This document shows positions 1 to 10,212 of a DNA stretch of 64,000 nt, one piece after another; position 1 is the first letter of the stretch; each line of letters starts with the position of its first letter. This stretch comes from Acetobacterium sp. (GTDB lineage: Bacteria > Bacillota > Clostridia > Eubacteriales > Eubacteriaceae). Both the position numbers and the translations under genes were made by a program. The notes under the pieces are model-generated. The model did not search any database. It was not told the DNA's origin and saw only the letters and a list, made by a program, of their open reading frames with translations. Location: positions 5,737 through 69,736 of the forward strand of contig NZ_JBGSHG010000006.1 of the NCBI RefSeq assembly GCF_041752335.1, read 5' to 3'.

Positions 1-88
1 TGTCTCCATCGACGCCTTGAGCGGGGCCGTTGTCTCCACCTTCCAGGCCGCTGAACTGGCCAAGTTAATGGGTTTGATTGTCCGCTGA
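1..88 (+). CDS. 3' end of a probable pentapeptide-repeat protein (truncated by window edge)
   Basis: Frame from nt 2 reads VSIDALSGAVVSTFQAAELAKLMGLIVR*, resembling the C-terminal tail of Firmicute pentapeptide-repeat proteins. Confidence 0.45.
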   Translation, partial: VSIDALSGAVVSTFQAAELAKLMGLIVR

Positions 89-112
89 AGGCGCACTAAA
101 GAAAGGTTACCA

Positions 113-997
113 ATGGAAACCATCGCTGCTAAAAATATGCTGACCCGAACCAAAGATAATTTCTGGTTCGGCACCGACTATAATATGAATATCTACCGGG
201 GCTGTTCCCATGGCTGCATCTACTGCGACAGCCGCAGTGACTGCTATGGAATTGAAGACTTTGACCGGGTTCGAGCCAAGGAAAAGGCCCTGATCATTCT
301 GGAAGATAACCTGCGCCGCAAAACCTTAAAGGGCGTGGTCGGCACCGGCGCCATGAGCGATCCCTATAATCCCCAGGAGCAGCAACACCAGCTCACCCGC
401 CAGGCCCTGGAACTGTTTAAACGCTATGGCTACGGGGTTGCCATCGCCACCAAAAGCCCCCTTATTACCCGGGATAAAGATCTGCTTGCCGCAATTCAGA
501 AGCGATCGCCAGTGCTGGTTAAAATCACCATTACCTGTGCCGACGATCTGCTGTCCAAAATCATCGAACCCCATGTCGCGCCGAGCTCTAGCCGCTTTGC
601 CGCGATCAAAGAATTGTCCGACAGTGGCATCTTTACCGGGGTGCTGCTGATGCCGATACTCCCCTTTATCAATGACACCCCGGCAAACATCAAGGCCATT
701 GTCGCCAGTGCGGCCGAACAGGGCGCCCGTTTTATTTATCCCGCTTTCGGGGTCACCCTCCGGGATTCCCAGCGCCGCTATTTTTACGACCAGCTGGATG
801 TCCATTTTCCCGGCATCAAAAAAGAATATCTTCGCAGCTTTGGCAACACCTTCAGCTGTTCCAGCCCCCAGGCCAAAAGCCTCTGGACCAGCTTCACCCG
901 GGAATGTCAGCACCTGGGCCTGCTCTACAAAATGGAAGACATCGTCGCCCGGTACAAACTGGAACACGGCAGCCAGCAATTATCATTTTTATTTTAA
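113..997 (+). CDS. Radical SAM protein, SplB-like (spore photoproduct lyase-related)
   Basis: MNIYRGCSHGCIYC (CxxxCxxC), GAMSDPY, ATKS motifs. Confidence 0.85.
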   Translation: METIAAKNMLTRTKDNFWFGTDYNMNIYRGCSHGCIYCDSRSDCYGIEDFDRVRAKEKALIILEDNLRRKTLKGVVGTGAMSDPYNPQEQQHQLTRQALELFKRYGYGVAIATKSPLITRDKDLLAAIQKRSPVLVKITITCADDLLSKIIEPHVAPSSSRFAAIKELSDSGIFTGVLLMPILPFINDTPANIKAIVASAAEQGARFIYPAFGVTLRDSQRRYFYDQLDVHFPGIKKEYLRSFGNTFSCSSPQAKSLWTSFTRECQHLGLLYKMEDIVARYKLEHGSQQLSFLF

Positions 998-1115
998 GCT
1001 AATCTGAGCACTCATTAACAGTTGGTCGATACCCCCCAGCTGCCACCTAAACCCCTTTTCTAATTAGCAGATAATCACTGTCTGCTTTTTATAATGTACT
1101 TTATGCAATATATAC

Positions 1116-1147
1116 TTGACATTTTATATTGTATACTGTACTATACA
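1116..1147 (+). promoter_or_regulatory. SigA promoter with overlapping palindromic operator, probably autoregulatory
   Basis: TTGACA 1116-1121, 17 nt, TACTAT 1139-1144; TGTATA-N6-TATACA at 1130-1147 covers the -10. Confidence 0.6.
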
Positions 1148-1166
1148 TCGTGTAAGGGGTGATCAG

Positions 1167-1379
1167 ATGAAGAATATAAAATTAAAAGTGGCCCGAGCCG
1201 AGAAAGACATCTCTCAGGAAGAGCTGGCCAGGCGAGTCGGCGTCACCCGGCAGACCATCGGGATGATTGAAGCTGGTAAATTCAACCCCTCTTTACAATT
1301 GTGCATTGCCATCTGTAAAGCACTGGGAAAAACGTTGAATGATTTATTTTGGGAGGAAAACGACAATGAAAAAATTTAA
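1167..1379 (+). CDS. XRE/Cro family HTH transcriptional regulator
   Basis: LKVARAEKDISQEELARRVGVTRQTIGMIEAGKFNPSL; ATG at 1167 after GGGGTG. Confidence 0.9.
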   Translation: MKNIKLKVARAEKDISQEELARRVGVTRQTIGMIEAGKFNPSLQLCIAICKALGKTLNDLFWEENDNEKI

Positions 1380-1848
1380 AAAAGTAGTCGATGAGCGCCA
1401 GGAACTGGAGCTGTATAAAATAGAGCATGTCTGTTTCTGGATTGTTTTCTGGCTACTGCTGGGCAGCATCATGGTGCAATCAATGTTTCTCAATGCCCCC
1501 TTTACCCAGTGGGGTTTTGAATGGGCCGTCTTTATGATCTACTGCGGCGGGGTTATCGTAGGCTGTTATAAAAAAGGCCAATGGGATTTTTACAGCAAAC
1601 CCACCACCAAAAACTACCTGCTCTACAGCCTGATCGGCTCCGGGGCCTTTACGGTAATCTATGCCATTACGATGTATATGAATAACGTTTATTTACAAGA
1701 CAATCTGCTGGCGCTGGGCGCTCTGACGGCCTTTATCTTTGCCATGCTGTTTGCCCTGATCTTTGCTGCCCTGTTCATCACCGGCACCCTGGTGAAAAAG
1801 CGCCAGAAAAAACTGGAAGACCAGTTCAGCGATGACGACTCACAATAA
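1366..1848 (+). CDS. Membrane protein (DUF6773-like), partner of the XRE regulator
   Basis: N-terminal VDERQE motif, four hydrophobic segments, GGAGG RBS, overlaps regulator stop. Confidence 0.7.
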   Translation: MKKFKKVVDERQELELYKIEHVCFWIVFWLLLGSIMVQSMFLNAPFTQWGFEWAVFMIYCGGVIVGCYKKGQWDFYSKPTTKNYLLYSLIGSGAFTVIYAITMYMNNVYLQDNLLALGALTAFIFAMLFALIFAALFITGTLVKKRQKKLEDQFSDDDSQ

Positions 1849-1870
1849 CTGCACCCTTTTCTATGAGATC

Positions 1871-1897
1871 AGCCCCTGATTTTTCAGGGACTTTTTT
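1871..1897 (+). terminator. Rho-independent terminator
   Basis: AGCCCCTGA-TTTT-TCAGGGACT followed by T-run. Confidence 0.65.
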
Positions 1898-2093
1898 ATT
1901 GTCAAATTTTATATCTTTTAACTCCAGTAATGAACCATGGTTTTTATACCGCAAAATTTCTGCAATCGTTTTTTCATCAACTTCGGGTTAATTAAGTCCC
2001 GCTTTTTTATTTCTATGCTATACTACAACTAATTTTAAGCAATTCTGTTTTTAATCAGCAATCCGTATTAATTTGATTCTATGAGGTGAACAA

Positions 2094-2732
2094 ATGAAAG
2101 AAAAAATTAATGTAATGGCTGTTTTTTGTGATGACACCAACCGGATTACCCGGTTCGATGCGATGACCCATTTTGTCTTTTATTCCAAAGCAGAAAGCGG
2201 CTGGCGTCAATCCGATCGGGTTCCCTTTAGCTGTGATCTGTCGGGTGGTTTAGCTTCAATCCGGGAAAACATCAGTCAGATGCTGGGGGCCTTTAATGAC
2301 TGTCGGATCATCATCACCCAATCCATCGCCGGTATTCCCTACCAGATTTTTGACCGTTCCGGTTTTATTATCTGCGAATCCGAAACCTTTGATCTGGAAT
2401 TGTTGGATGCCATCCAGGCCGATCTGCTCCGCCAGGACGCGGAAATCCAGGAAGACACCAGTCTGCTGGTCAAAACCCCGGAAGAAACCGATGTCCCTGG
2501 TTATTACCTCTTTGATTTAACCCAGCTGCAGAAAAAACACCCGGAGATAAGTTCAAAAAAAGCCCTGCTGCCCTTTTTAAAAGAGACCGCCTTTTACACC
2601 CTGGAAGTGATCTGTGACCATATCCCACCATGGTTTGAACAGCAATTACCAAAAATGCAACTGCAATACCGGATCGAAAATAAAAATGATTCCACCCAAC
2701 ATGTGGTCATCACCCATGTGGCGTGTGAATAA
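2094..2732 (+). CDS. anfO: AnfO-family nitrogenase accessory protein
   Basis: CRIIITQSIAGIPYQIFD, YLFDLTQLQKKHPEISSKKALLPFL and LEVICDHIPPWF motifs; next to nif cluster. Confidence 0.75.
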   Translation: MKEKINVMAVFCDDTNRITRFDAMTHFVFYSKAESGWRQSDRVPFSCDLSGGLASIRENISQMLGAFNDCRIIITQSIAGIPYQIFDRSGFIICESETFDLELLDAIQADLLRQDAEIQEDTSLLVKTPEETDVPGYYLFDLTQLQKKHPEISSKKALLPFLKETAFYTLEVICDHIPPWFEQQLPKMQLQYRIENKNDSTQHVVITHVACE

Positions 2733-2744
2733 AAGGAGCTCGTC

Positions 2745-3695
2745 ATGTCAACCTGCCAAACTGAAAAATATGGCCCCCTCACCGGGATTACCTTTTTAGA
2801 AACCTATACCGACGGTTCGCCCAAAGGCTGTGCCTTTGACGAAGCCAATACCATCAATACCCCGGTGGGCATTCTGGTGCCCAACTATGGCCCTGCCAAC
2901 CTGAGAAATCGCGAGGGACTGGCACTGGAATTTTTCAAGAACGGCCAGATCAAAAGCATCGATCTGGAAACCGCCACCGAGGTGATCACCTCCCTGGGAG
3001 CCCTGGCCGCCGAACGGATCAGCTTTTATGAAAACGGCCGGATCCACCGCCTGTTCCCCCTGAATGGCCGGATCAACGGCTACTGGACTGAGAATGATGA
3101 ATACGCCCTGGCCAAACCAATTGCCTTTGATCTGGCCGTCGGAACCTTTTCAGCCAAGGTCGTAAGCCTCTGCTTTTATGAAAGCGGCGCTCTCAAGAGC
3201 CTGACCATGTGGCCCCAGGAAACCATCGAAATTAATAGTCCCGATGGGCTGGTAAAGGTGCGCTACGGTTTCTCCTTATATGAAAATGGCAAATTAAAAA
3301 GTTTTGAGCCCGCTCTGCCAGAACCCATTGTGACCCCAATCGGGATTGTGATCGCTTATGACAGCAATGCCCACGGCATTAATTGCGACGAAAACTCAGT
3401 CAACTATTCCCCCACCGGGGTGATCAGATCCCTGATCACCGGCAATAACGGCCTGATGATCACCGCCCCGGAAGGTAAGCAGTTCGTCCAGCCGCTGATG
3501 AAACCAGGCACCCTGGATCCCGACGTTCTGATTCCCGAACCGATGACCATCGTCTTCAGCGATGACAAAATGGAGATCATTCAGGATGACATCGTCACTG
3601 TGGATTTAAAAACCGCCACTGTCCGGGCCATTCTGGTTCATGATCCGATGAAAAAATCCTGCGGTGACTGTTCTTCCTGCACCAGCTGTGGCTGA
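2745..3695 (+). CDS. Conserved hypothetical nif-associated protein with MORN-like beta repeats and C-terminal Cys cluster
   Basis: Repeated FYENG/FYESG/LYENG units; C-terminus CGDCSSCTSCG; AGGAG RBS. Confidence 0.7.
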   Translation: MSTCQTEKYGPLTGITFLETYTDGSPKGCAFDEANTINTPVGILVPNYGPANLRNREGLALEFFKNGQIKSIDLETATEVITSLGALAAERISFYENGRIHRLFPLNGRINGYWTENDEYALAKPIAFDLAVGTFSAKVVSLCFYESGALKSLTMWPQETIEINSPDGLVKVRYGFSLYENGKLKSFEPALPEPIVTPIGIVIAYDSNAHGINCDENSVNYSPTGVIRSLITGNNGLMITAPEGKQFVQPLMKPGTLDPDVLIPEPMTIVFSDDKMEIIQDDIVTVDLKTATVRAILVHDPMKKSCGDCSSCTSCG

Positions 3696-3923
3696 TCCCT
3701 TGGCTCGATCTTAAGAATTACTTAAGTTTTATTGAAGTAGCTCAAAACTGGTTCGGCCCAAAAACATTCCAAACCGCTGAAAATGATTTCATCCCACCAA
3801 TCAGATGAAAAATACATCAACCAACTAAAGTACAATCCCGATTTTTCACTGCATAAAAATCCCCCTGGTCGTTTAAATACTTAAACCCATTTGATTTTGA
3901 AAAGGGTTTACAACCGAAGCCGC

Positions 3924-3952
3924 TTGACTTATCGCCTCATTCCATGGATAAT
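3924..3952 (+). promoter_or_regulatory. SigA-type promoter of nif operon
   Basis: TTGACT 3924-3929, 17 nt, GATAAT 3947-3952. Confidence 0.55.
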
Positions 3953-3987
3953 AAGCCCATAGAAAACAATGCAATACGGATTTACAA

Positions 3988-4198
3988 AGACAATGTGGTC
4001 TCAGCTCCTTACAAATGGGTAAGAGTTGAGACCTTTTTTTCTTTTTATCCGCGCTATTTAGACAAAGAGGTCTTAATTCGCCGCTAAAAAACGCTGCCAA
4101 TTAAGATCTTTTCGTTTATGCAAACAAAATAAGTTTTTTTAGACAAGGAAGTCTTACCTTTTACGCTTTTGTGAGAGGAAAAGACTTCTTTGTTTTTT
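3988..4198 (+). promoter_or_regulatory. Three tandem ANTAR-type hairpin/terminator attenuators in nifH leader
   Basis: AGAC-AATGTG-GTCT (3988-4001), AGAC-AAAGAG-GTCT (4060-4073), AGAC-AAGGAA-GTCT (4141-4154), each overlapping the 5' arm of a terminator hairpin with T-run. Confidence 0.7.
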
Positions 4199-4214
4199 GC
4201 CAAACTTGCATTGA

Positions 4215-5069
<855 letters not shown>

Positions 5070-5115
5070 TCCGTACTCAATTGTAATGATTTAAAAGTGA
5101 AAGGAAGTATAACAT

Positions 5116-5442
5116 ATGTTAATGGTACGCGCAATTATCAGACCTGAAAAAACAGGAGTTGTTTTATCCGAAATGTTATCCGCTGGATTCTCAGCTGTTA
5201 CTAAACTGGATGTATATGGACGTGGAAAGCAAAAAGGAATCAAGGTTGGAGATGTTTATTATGATGAAATTCCCAAAGTGATGCTGCTTTGTATTGTAAA
5301 AGATGAAGACAAAGATGATGTTTGTAGAATAATTATGAAAAATGCAAAAACTGGCAAGGATGGTACTTTTGGAGATGGTCGTATTTTCATTTCTCCTGTA
5401 GAAGAAGCTTATACAATCAGTACTGGAACAACCGGCCTGTAA
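5116..5442 (+). CDS. nifI1: P-II family nitrogen regulator NifI1
   Basis: P-II motifs GRGKQKG, FGDGRIF; between nifH and nifD. Confidence 0.9.
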   Translation: MLMVRAIIRPEKTGVVLSEMLSAGFSAVTKLDVYGRGKQKGIKVGDVYYDEIPKVMLLCIVKDEDKDDVCRIIMKNAKTGKDGTFGDGRIFISPVEEAYTISTGTTGL

Positions 5443-5456
5443 AAGGAGGAATTGAT

Positions 5457-5840
5457 ATGAAAGAAGTTATGGCGATTATTCGGCAGAATAAAGTGAACCA
5501 GACCAAAGAAGCTCTAGTCAATGAAGGCTACCCTGCTTTTACCTGTTTAAAGGTTCTTGGTCGCGGCAAGAAAACCATTGATTTATCCATTATCCAGGAT
5601 ATTGTTGATGCCGGGGAAATGCCCGTCTCAACCGTTGGTGAAGCATTAACAGAATCATCCCGTTTAATTCCGAAACGGTTTTTCACCGTGATTTGCAACG
5701 ATGAAGATGTCAGCAAGGTTGTTTCCATTATCATCGACAACAATCAAACCGGAAACCCCGGCGATGGTAAAATTTTCGTCATCCCGATTATGGAGTCCAT
5801 TCGTGTACGAAGTGGCGAAAAAAATGCGGATGCATTTTAG
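5457..5840 (+). CDS. nifI2: P-II family nitrogen regulator NifI2
   Basis: Long T-loop, TGNPGDGKIF, IRVRSGE; follows nifI1. Confidence 0.9.
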   Translation: MKEVMAIIRQNKVNQTKEALVNEGYPAFTCLKVLGRGKKTIDLSIIQDIVDAGEMPVSTVGEALTESSRLIPKRFFTVICNDEDVSKVVSIIIDNNQTGNPGDGKIFVIPIMESIRVRSGEKNADAF

Positions 5841-5855
5841 AAAGAGGTGATTTGA

Positions 5856-7445
5856 ATGGATTCAAGAGATAAAGTACTCGATAAATATAGCTCTAAAATA
5901 TATAAAAACAGAAAAGAACACGTCATTGAAATTGCCAGCGGCGAACCTCAAGTCATCGCCGCTGATACCCGGGCGATTCCCGGCATCATGACCAACCGTG
6001 GCTGTTGCTACGCTGGTTGTAAAGGGGTTGTTATCGGGCCCTTAAAAGATGTTGTTAACATCGTTCACGGCCCCATCGGCTGTGCCTACTACACTTGGGG
6101 TACCCGACGAAATAAAGCCAAAGGTGATGAAAACACCAAAGATTTCACCCAATACAGTTTTTGTACTGACATGCAGGAAACTGACATCGTCTTCGGGGGT
6201 GAAAAGAAATTACGACAGGCTATTAAAGAAGCTGTTGAAATATTCAACCCGGAATGTATCATGATCAGCTCCACCTGTCCGGTTGGACTTATCGGCGATG
6301 ATATCCACGCCGTTGCCGCTGAAGCTGAAAAGCAATATGGCATTAAAGTATTGGCGTTTAGCTGTGAAGGATATAAGGGTGTCAGTCAATCCGGTGGTCA
6401 CCATATTGCCAACAATGGTCTGATGAAATACATCATCGGTACCGGCGATGCCGAACCGGTGAAATATTCTGTCAACCTTTTAGGCGAATACAACATCGGT
6501 GGTGATGGCTGGGAAGTTGAACGAATCTTAAAGCGAATCGGCTATCACGTTGTTTCAGTGATGACCGGCGATGGTAGCTATGATCATATGAAAAACGCCC
6601 ACACCGCCGATCTGAACCTGGTTCAATGCCACCGCTCGATTAACTATATTGCCGAAATGATGAAAACCAAATATGGAATGGACTGGATCAAGGTCAATTT
6701 CATCGGTCTGGAAAGTATTAAAAAATCCTTAATGGATATTGCCACCTACTTTGGTGACCCGGAATTATTAGCTCGAACAGAAGCAGTTATCGCTGAAGAG
6801 CTGGACGAAATCGAAGAAGGCATGGCTTACTACAAATCAAAACTGGATGGTAAAAAAGCCGCTGTCTATGTCGGGGGATCGCGTACCCATCATTACATCA
6901 ATTTATTAAAATACCTGGGTGTCGATGTTGTCCTGGCTGGCTATGAATTTGGCCATCGTGATGATTATGAAGGCCGGGATGTTATTCCCAGCATTAAAAT
7001 CGATGCCGACTCTAAAAATATTGAAAGCATCACGGTTACCAAGGACGAAGCCAACTATAAAGCCTTCCATACACCAGAAAAAATTGAAGCATTGAAAGCG
7101 GCCGGTGTGCCCCTCGAAAAATACGATGGTCTCTGGACTGACATCGCCGAAGGTGCCATCATCACCGATGACTTCAACCATTTCGAAACCGAAGAATTTT
7201 TAAAACTGTTAAAGCCTGATATTTTCTTCTCGGGGATAAAAGATAAATTTATTGTTCAAAAATCAGGTGTTCCCTCACGACAATTACATTCTTATGACTA
7301 CAGTGGTCCATACGCTGGATTCAGAGGAGCATTAAATTTTGCCAAAGATATTACTATGGCCACTTACACCCCTGTTTGGAACATGGTTCAAGCACCATGG
7401 AAAAGTGAGCCCACGTTAGTTGGCAGCTTAGGAGGTATGGAATAA
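5856..7445 (+). CDS. nifD: Mo-nitrogenase alpha chain (clostridial group II, with internal insertion)
   Basis: RGCCYAGCKG, HGPIGC, LVQCHRS (cofactor Cys), QLHSYDY (cofactor His); 529 aa. Confidence 0.95.
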   Translation: MDSRDKVLDKYSSKIYKNRKEHVIEIASGEPQVIAADTRAIPGIMTNRGCCYAGCKGVVIGPLKDVVNIVHGPIGCAYYTWGTRRNKAKGDENTKDFTQYSFCTDMQETDIVFGGEKKLRQAIKEAVEIFNPECIMISSTCPVGLIGDDIHAVAAEAEKQYGIKVLAFSCEGYKGVSQSGGHHIANNGLMKYIIGTGDAEPVKYSVNLLGEYNIGGDGWEVERILKRIGYHVVSVMTGDGSYDHMKNAHTADLNLVQCHRSINYIAEMMKTKYGMDWIKVNFIGLESIKKSLMDIATYFGDPELLARTEAVIAEELDEIEEGMAYYKSKLDGKKAAVYVGGSRTHHYINLLKYLGVDVVLAGYEFGHRDDYEGRDVIPSIKIDADSKNIESITVTKDEANYKAFHTPEKIEALKAAGVPLEKYDGLWTDIAEGAIITDDFNHFETEEFLKLLKPDIFFSGIKDKFIVQKSGVPSRQLHSYDYSGPYAGFRGALNFAKDITMATYTPVWNMVQAPWKSEPTLVGSLGGME

Positions 7446-8809
7446 TGTTAGAATTAACCCCAAAAAAATTATCGGACCGATCCACCTTACGGATCAATCC
7501 GATAAAAACATGTCAACCGGTTGGGGCAATGTACGCCGCCCTGGGTGTTCACCAATGTATGCCACATAGCCATGGCTCGCAAGGATGCTGCTCATTTCAT
7601 CGCATGTTTTTAACCCGGCATTTTAAAGATCCCGCCATTGCATCTTCCAGTTCATTTACTGAAGGCGCTTCCGTATTTGGTGGTGGCTCCAACCTGAAAA
7701 CGGCGATTAAAAACATTTTTGATATTTATGATCCCGAGATCATTGCCGTCCATACTACCTGTTTAAGTGAAACCATTGGTGATGACCTTAACGGTTACAT
7801 CCAGGACGCAAAGATCCCTGAAGGCAAATTGGTCGTTCACACCAATACGCCCAGTTATGTTGGTTCACATATTACCGGTTATTATAACATGATCGCCGGA
7901 TTTATTAAATATTTATCTCAATCAACCGGCGAAAAAAACGGCAAGCTGGCTCTTTTCCCGGGATTTGTCAATCCTGGTGATATGCGGGAAATGAAACGCC
8001 TGATGAAACTGATGGGCACCGAGTTCATTATGCTTCCCGATACCAGCGGCGTTTTAGATGCTCCGATGACAGGAACTTACTCCATGTATCCCAAGGGTGG
8101 AACCTCCATTCCGGATATCCGCGATCTGGGCAACTGTGAAATGACGCTTGGCTTAGGTGAATTGACTTCTGAGTTCCCAGCTGATTTTCTGGAAAAAAAA
8201 TGTAAGGTTCCCTATAAAACCTTACCCCTGCCCATTGGCGTGGAAAACACCGATGCTTTCATAATGGCCTTAAATCAATTCTCCAAAAACGAAGTGCCTT
8301 ATGAAATTGAAGAAGAACGGGGCCAGTTAATGGATATCCTGTTGGATTCACATCAATACACCCACAACAAAACCGTCGCTATTTTCGGCGATCCAGACAC
8401 CGTTTTGGGCATGGCTCAAATCACTCTGGAAATGGGGATGATCCCAAAATACATGGTAACCGGTACCCCCGGAGCCGCTTTTGATAAAAAAGCTGCTGCA
8501 CTACTGGAAAAATTCGGCGTTGACGGTTGCACTGCTAAACAAGGCGGTGACTTATTTGAACTTCACCAATGGATTAAAAATGATCCAGTTGACTTATTAA
8601 TTGGCGGCACCCACGGCAAGCAAGTTGCCCGCGCCGAAGACATCCCGCTGGTTCGCGTTGGTTTCCCGATCATCGACCGATATGTTCACTCTTATCTGCC
8701 GATTGTTGGTTACAAAGGTGCCATCCGATTGGCCGAACTCATCCTCAACGCCCTCATGGATCGTCAGGATCGTGACTGCGAAGACGAAGATTTTGAAATG
8801 GTAATGTAA
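7445..8809 (+). CDS. nifK: Mo-nitrogenase beta chain
   Basis: NPIKTCQPVGA, HGSQGCC, TTCLSETIGDD, GFPIIDR. Confidence 0.95.
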   Translation: MLELTPKKLSDRSTLRINPIKTCQPVGAMYAALGVHQCMPHSHGSQGCCSFHRMFLTRHFKDPAIASSSSFTEGASVFGGGSNLKTAIKNIFDIYDPEIIAVHTTCLSETIGDDLNGYIQDAKIPEGKLVVHTNTPSYVGSHITGYYNMIAGFIKYLSQSTGEKNGKLALFPGFVNPGDMREMKRLMKLMGTEFIMLPDTSGVLDAPMTGTYSMYPKGGTSIPDIRDLGNCEMTLGLGELTSEFPADFLEKKCKVPYKTLPLPIGVENTDAFIMALNQFSKNEVPYEIEEERGQLMDILLDSHQYTHNKTVAIFGDPDTVLGMAQITLEMGMIPKYMVTGTPGAAFDKKAAALLEKFGVDGCTAKQGGDLFELHQWIKNDPVDLLIGGTHGKQVARAEDIPLVRVGFPIIDRYVHSYLPIVGYKGAIRLAELILNALMDRQDRDCEDEDFEMVM

Positions 8810-8815
8810 TTATTT

Positions 8816-8840
8816 GGGGAGGTTTTCCTCCCCTTTATTT
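8816..8840 (+). terminator. Internal stem-loop between nifK and nifE (leaky terminator or mRNA stabiliser)
   Basis: GGGGAGG-TTTT-CCTCCCC then TTTATTT. Confidence 0.6.
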
Positions 8841-8856
8841 GAAAGGAGGCTGTGAA

Positions 8857-10212
8857 ATGAAAAATGACAGTGCAATTTTACCAGAGAGAGCCAAGTCGAT
8901 TCGTTTTTCGGAATGCAGCGGAGACGGCAGCGGAATCAAGTGTGAGTCAGAAAGTGTCTCAGGGGCAGTCAGTCAACGGGCCTGTGTTTACTGCGGTGCC
9001 CGGGTTGTTTTAAACCCCATCACCGATGCCTTCCACATTGTCCATGGCCCGATTGGATGTGCCAGTTATACCTGGGATATCCGTGGCAGTCTATCCAGCG
9101 GTGAAGAAGGCTACCGGAATTCTTATTCCACCGACCTGCGGGAAACTGACGTCATTTTCGGCGGCGAAAAGAAACTGGTGGCCGCCATCGATGAAATCAT
9201 GGCCAGCCATGCCCCCAAAGTCATTTTTATTTACGCCACCTGTATTGTCGGCGTCATCGGTGACGATATCGACGCTGTCTGTCGCAACGCCGAAGCAAAA
9301 TACGGCATCCGGGTCATCGCCGTTAAATCCCCGGGATTTTCAGGAACCAAGAAAACCGGCTATAAAATGGCCTGCAACGCCATTATGAGCCTGATCACCC
9401 CCGAATTTTTACCAGCCAAAACAGCCGGTATTAACATTCTCGGCGACTTTAACCTGGCCGGGGAAATGTGGATCATCAAAAACTATTTAAGACGCATCGG
9501 TGTCGAAGTGGTTGCCAATATTACCGGCGATGCCAAAGTCGAGGATCTCAAAAAAGCCCCTGCAGCCCAACTCAATCTGGTTCAATGTGCCGGCTCGATG
9601 ACCTATCTGGCCAAACAGATGGAAGAAGTTTTTGATATCCCTTTTATCAAAGTCAGCTTTTTCGGCGTCACCGACACCTCCGATTCACTGATGCGGATTG
9701 CCTATGCCGTCGGTGATAAAGAAGTTATCAAGCGCGCCAAAGCTTTTATTGAAGAAGAAAAAAATAGAGTTATCCCTCTTTTAAATAAATATCGCAAAAA
9801 TCTTGAAGGAAAAAAAGCCGCCATCTATGTGGGCGGCGGCTTTAAAGCAATCTCCCTGATCCGACAGTTTCACGAATTTGGCATGAACACCGTGATGGTG
9901 GGCACCCAAACCGGGAGCAAGGATGATTACGAAGTCATCCAGCATCTGGTGGACGAGGATGCCGTCATTTTAGATGATGCCAATCCAGCCGAACTGGAAG
10001 CCTTTATGAAGGAAATGGGAGCCGATATATTAGTCGGCGGCGTCAAGGAACGGCCGTTGGCCTATAAGCTGGGGGTTGCCTTCTGCGATCACAACCATGA
10101 ACGCAAGCATCCCCTGGCGGGCTACGAAGGCACCCTGAACTTTGCCTCAGAAATCAACCTGTCGATGAACAGTCCTGTCTGGGAAATCATAGGAGGTATC
10201 AAAAATGTCTAA
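8857..10212 (+). CDS. nifE: FeMo-cofactor scaffold NifE
   Basis: SQRACVYCGA, HGPIGCASY, LVQCAGSM; GGAGG RBS before ATG 8857. Confidence 0.93.
   Translation: MKNDSAILPERAKSIRFSECSGDGSGIKCESESVSGAVSQRACVYCGARVVLNPITDAFHIVHGPIGCASYTWDIRGSLSSGEEGYRNSYSTDLRETDVIFGGEKKLVAAIDEIMASHAPKVIFIYATCIVGVIGDDIDAVCRNAEAKYGIRVIAVKSPGFSGTKKTGYKMACNAIMSLITPEFLPAKTAGINILGDFNLAGEMWIIKNYLRRIGVEVVANITGDAKVEDLKKAPAAQLNLVQCAGSMTYLAKQMEEVFDIPFIKVSFFGVTDTSDSLMRIAYAVGDKEVIKRAKAFIEEEKNRVIPLLNKYRKNLEGKKAAIYVGGGFKAISLIRQFHEFGMNTVMVGTQTGSKDDYEVIQHLVDEDAVILDDANPAELEAFMKEMGADILVGGVKERPLAYKLGVAFCDHNHERKHPLAGYEGTLNFASEINLSMNSPVWEIIGGIKNV

Noticed and set aside
5856-8809. Alternative (V or Fe-only) nitrogenase suggested by the anfO-like gene
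   Set aside because: No G subunit between D and K; NifD has QCHRS and HSYDY motifs and nifEN follow, consistent with the Mo type
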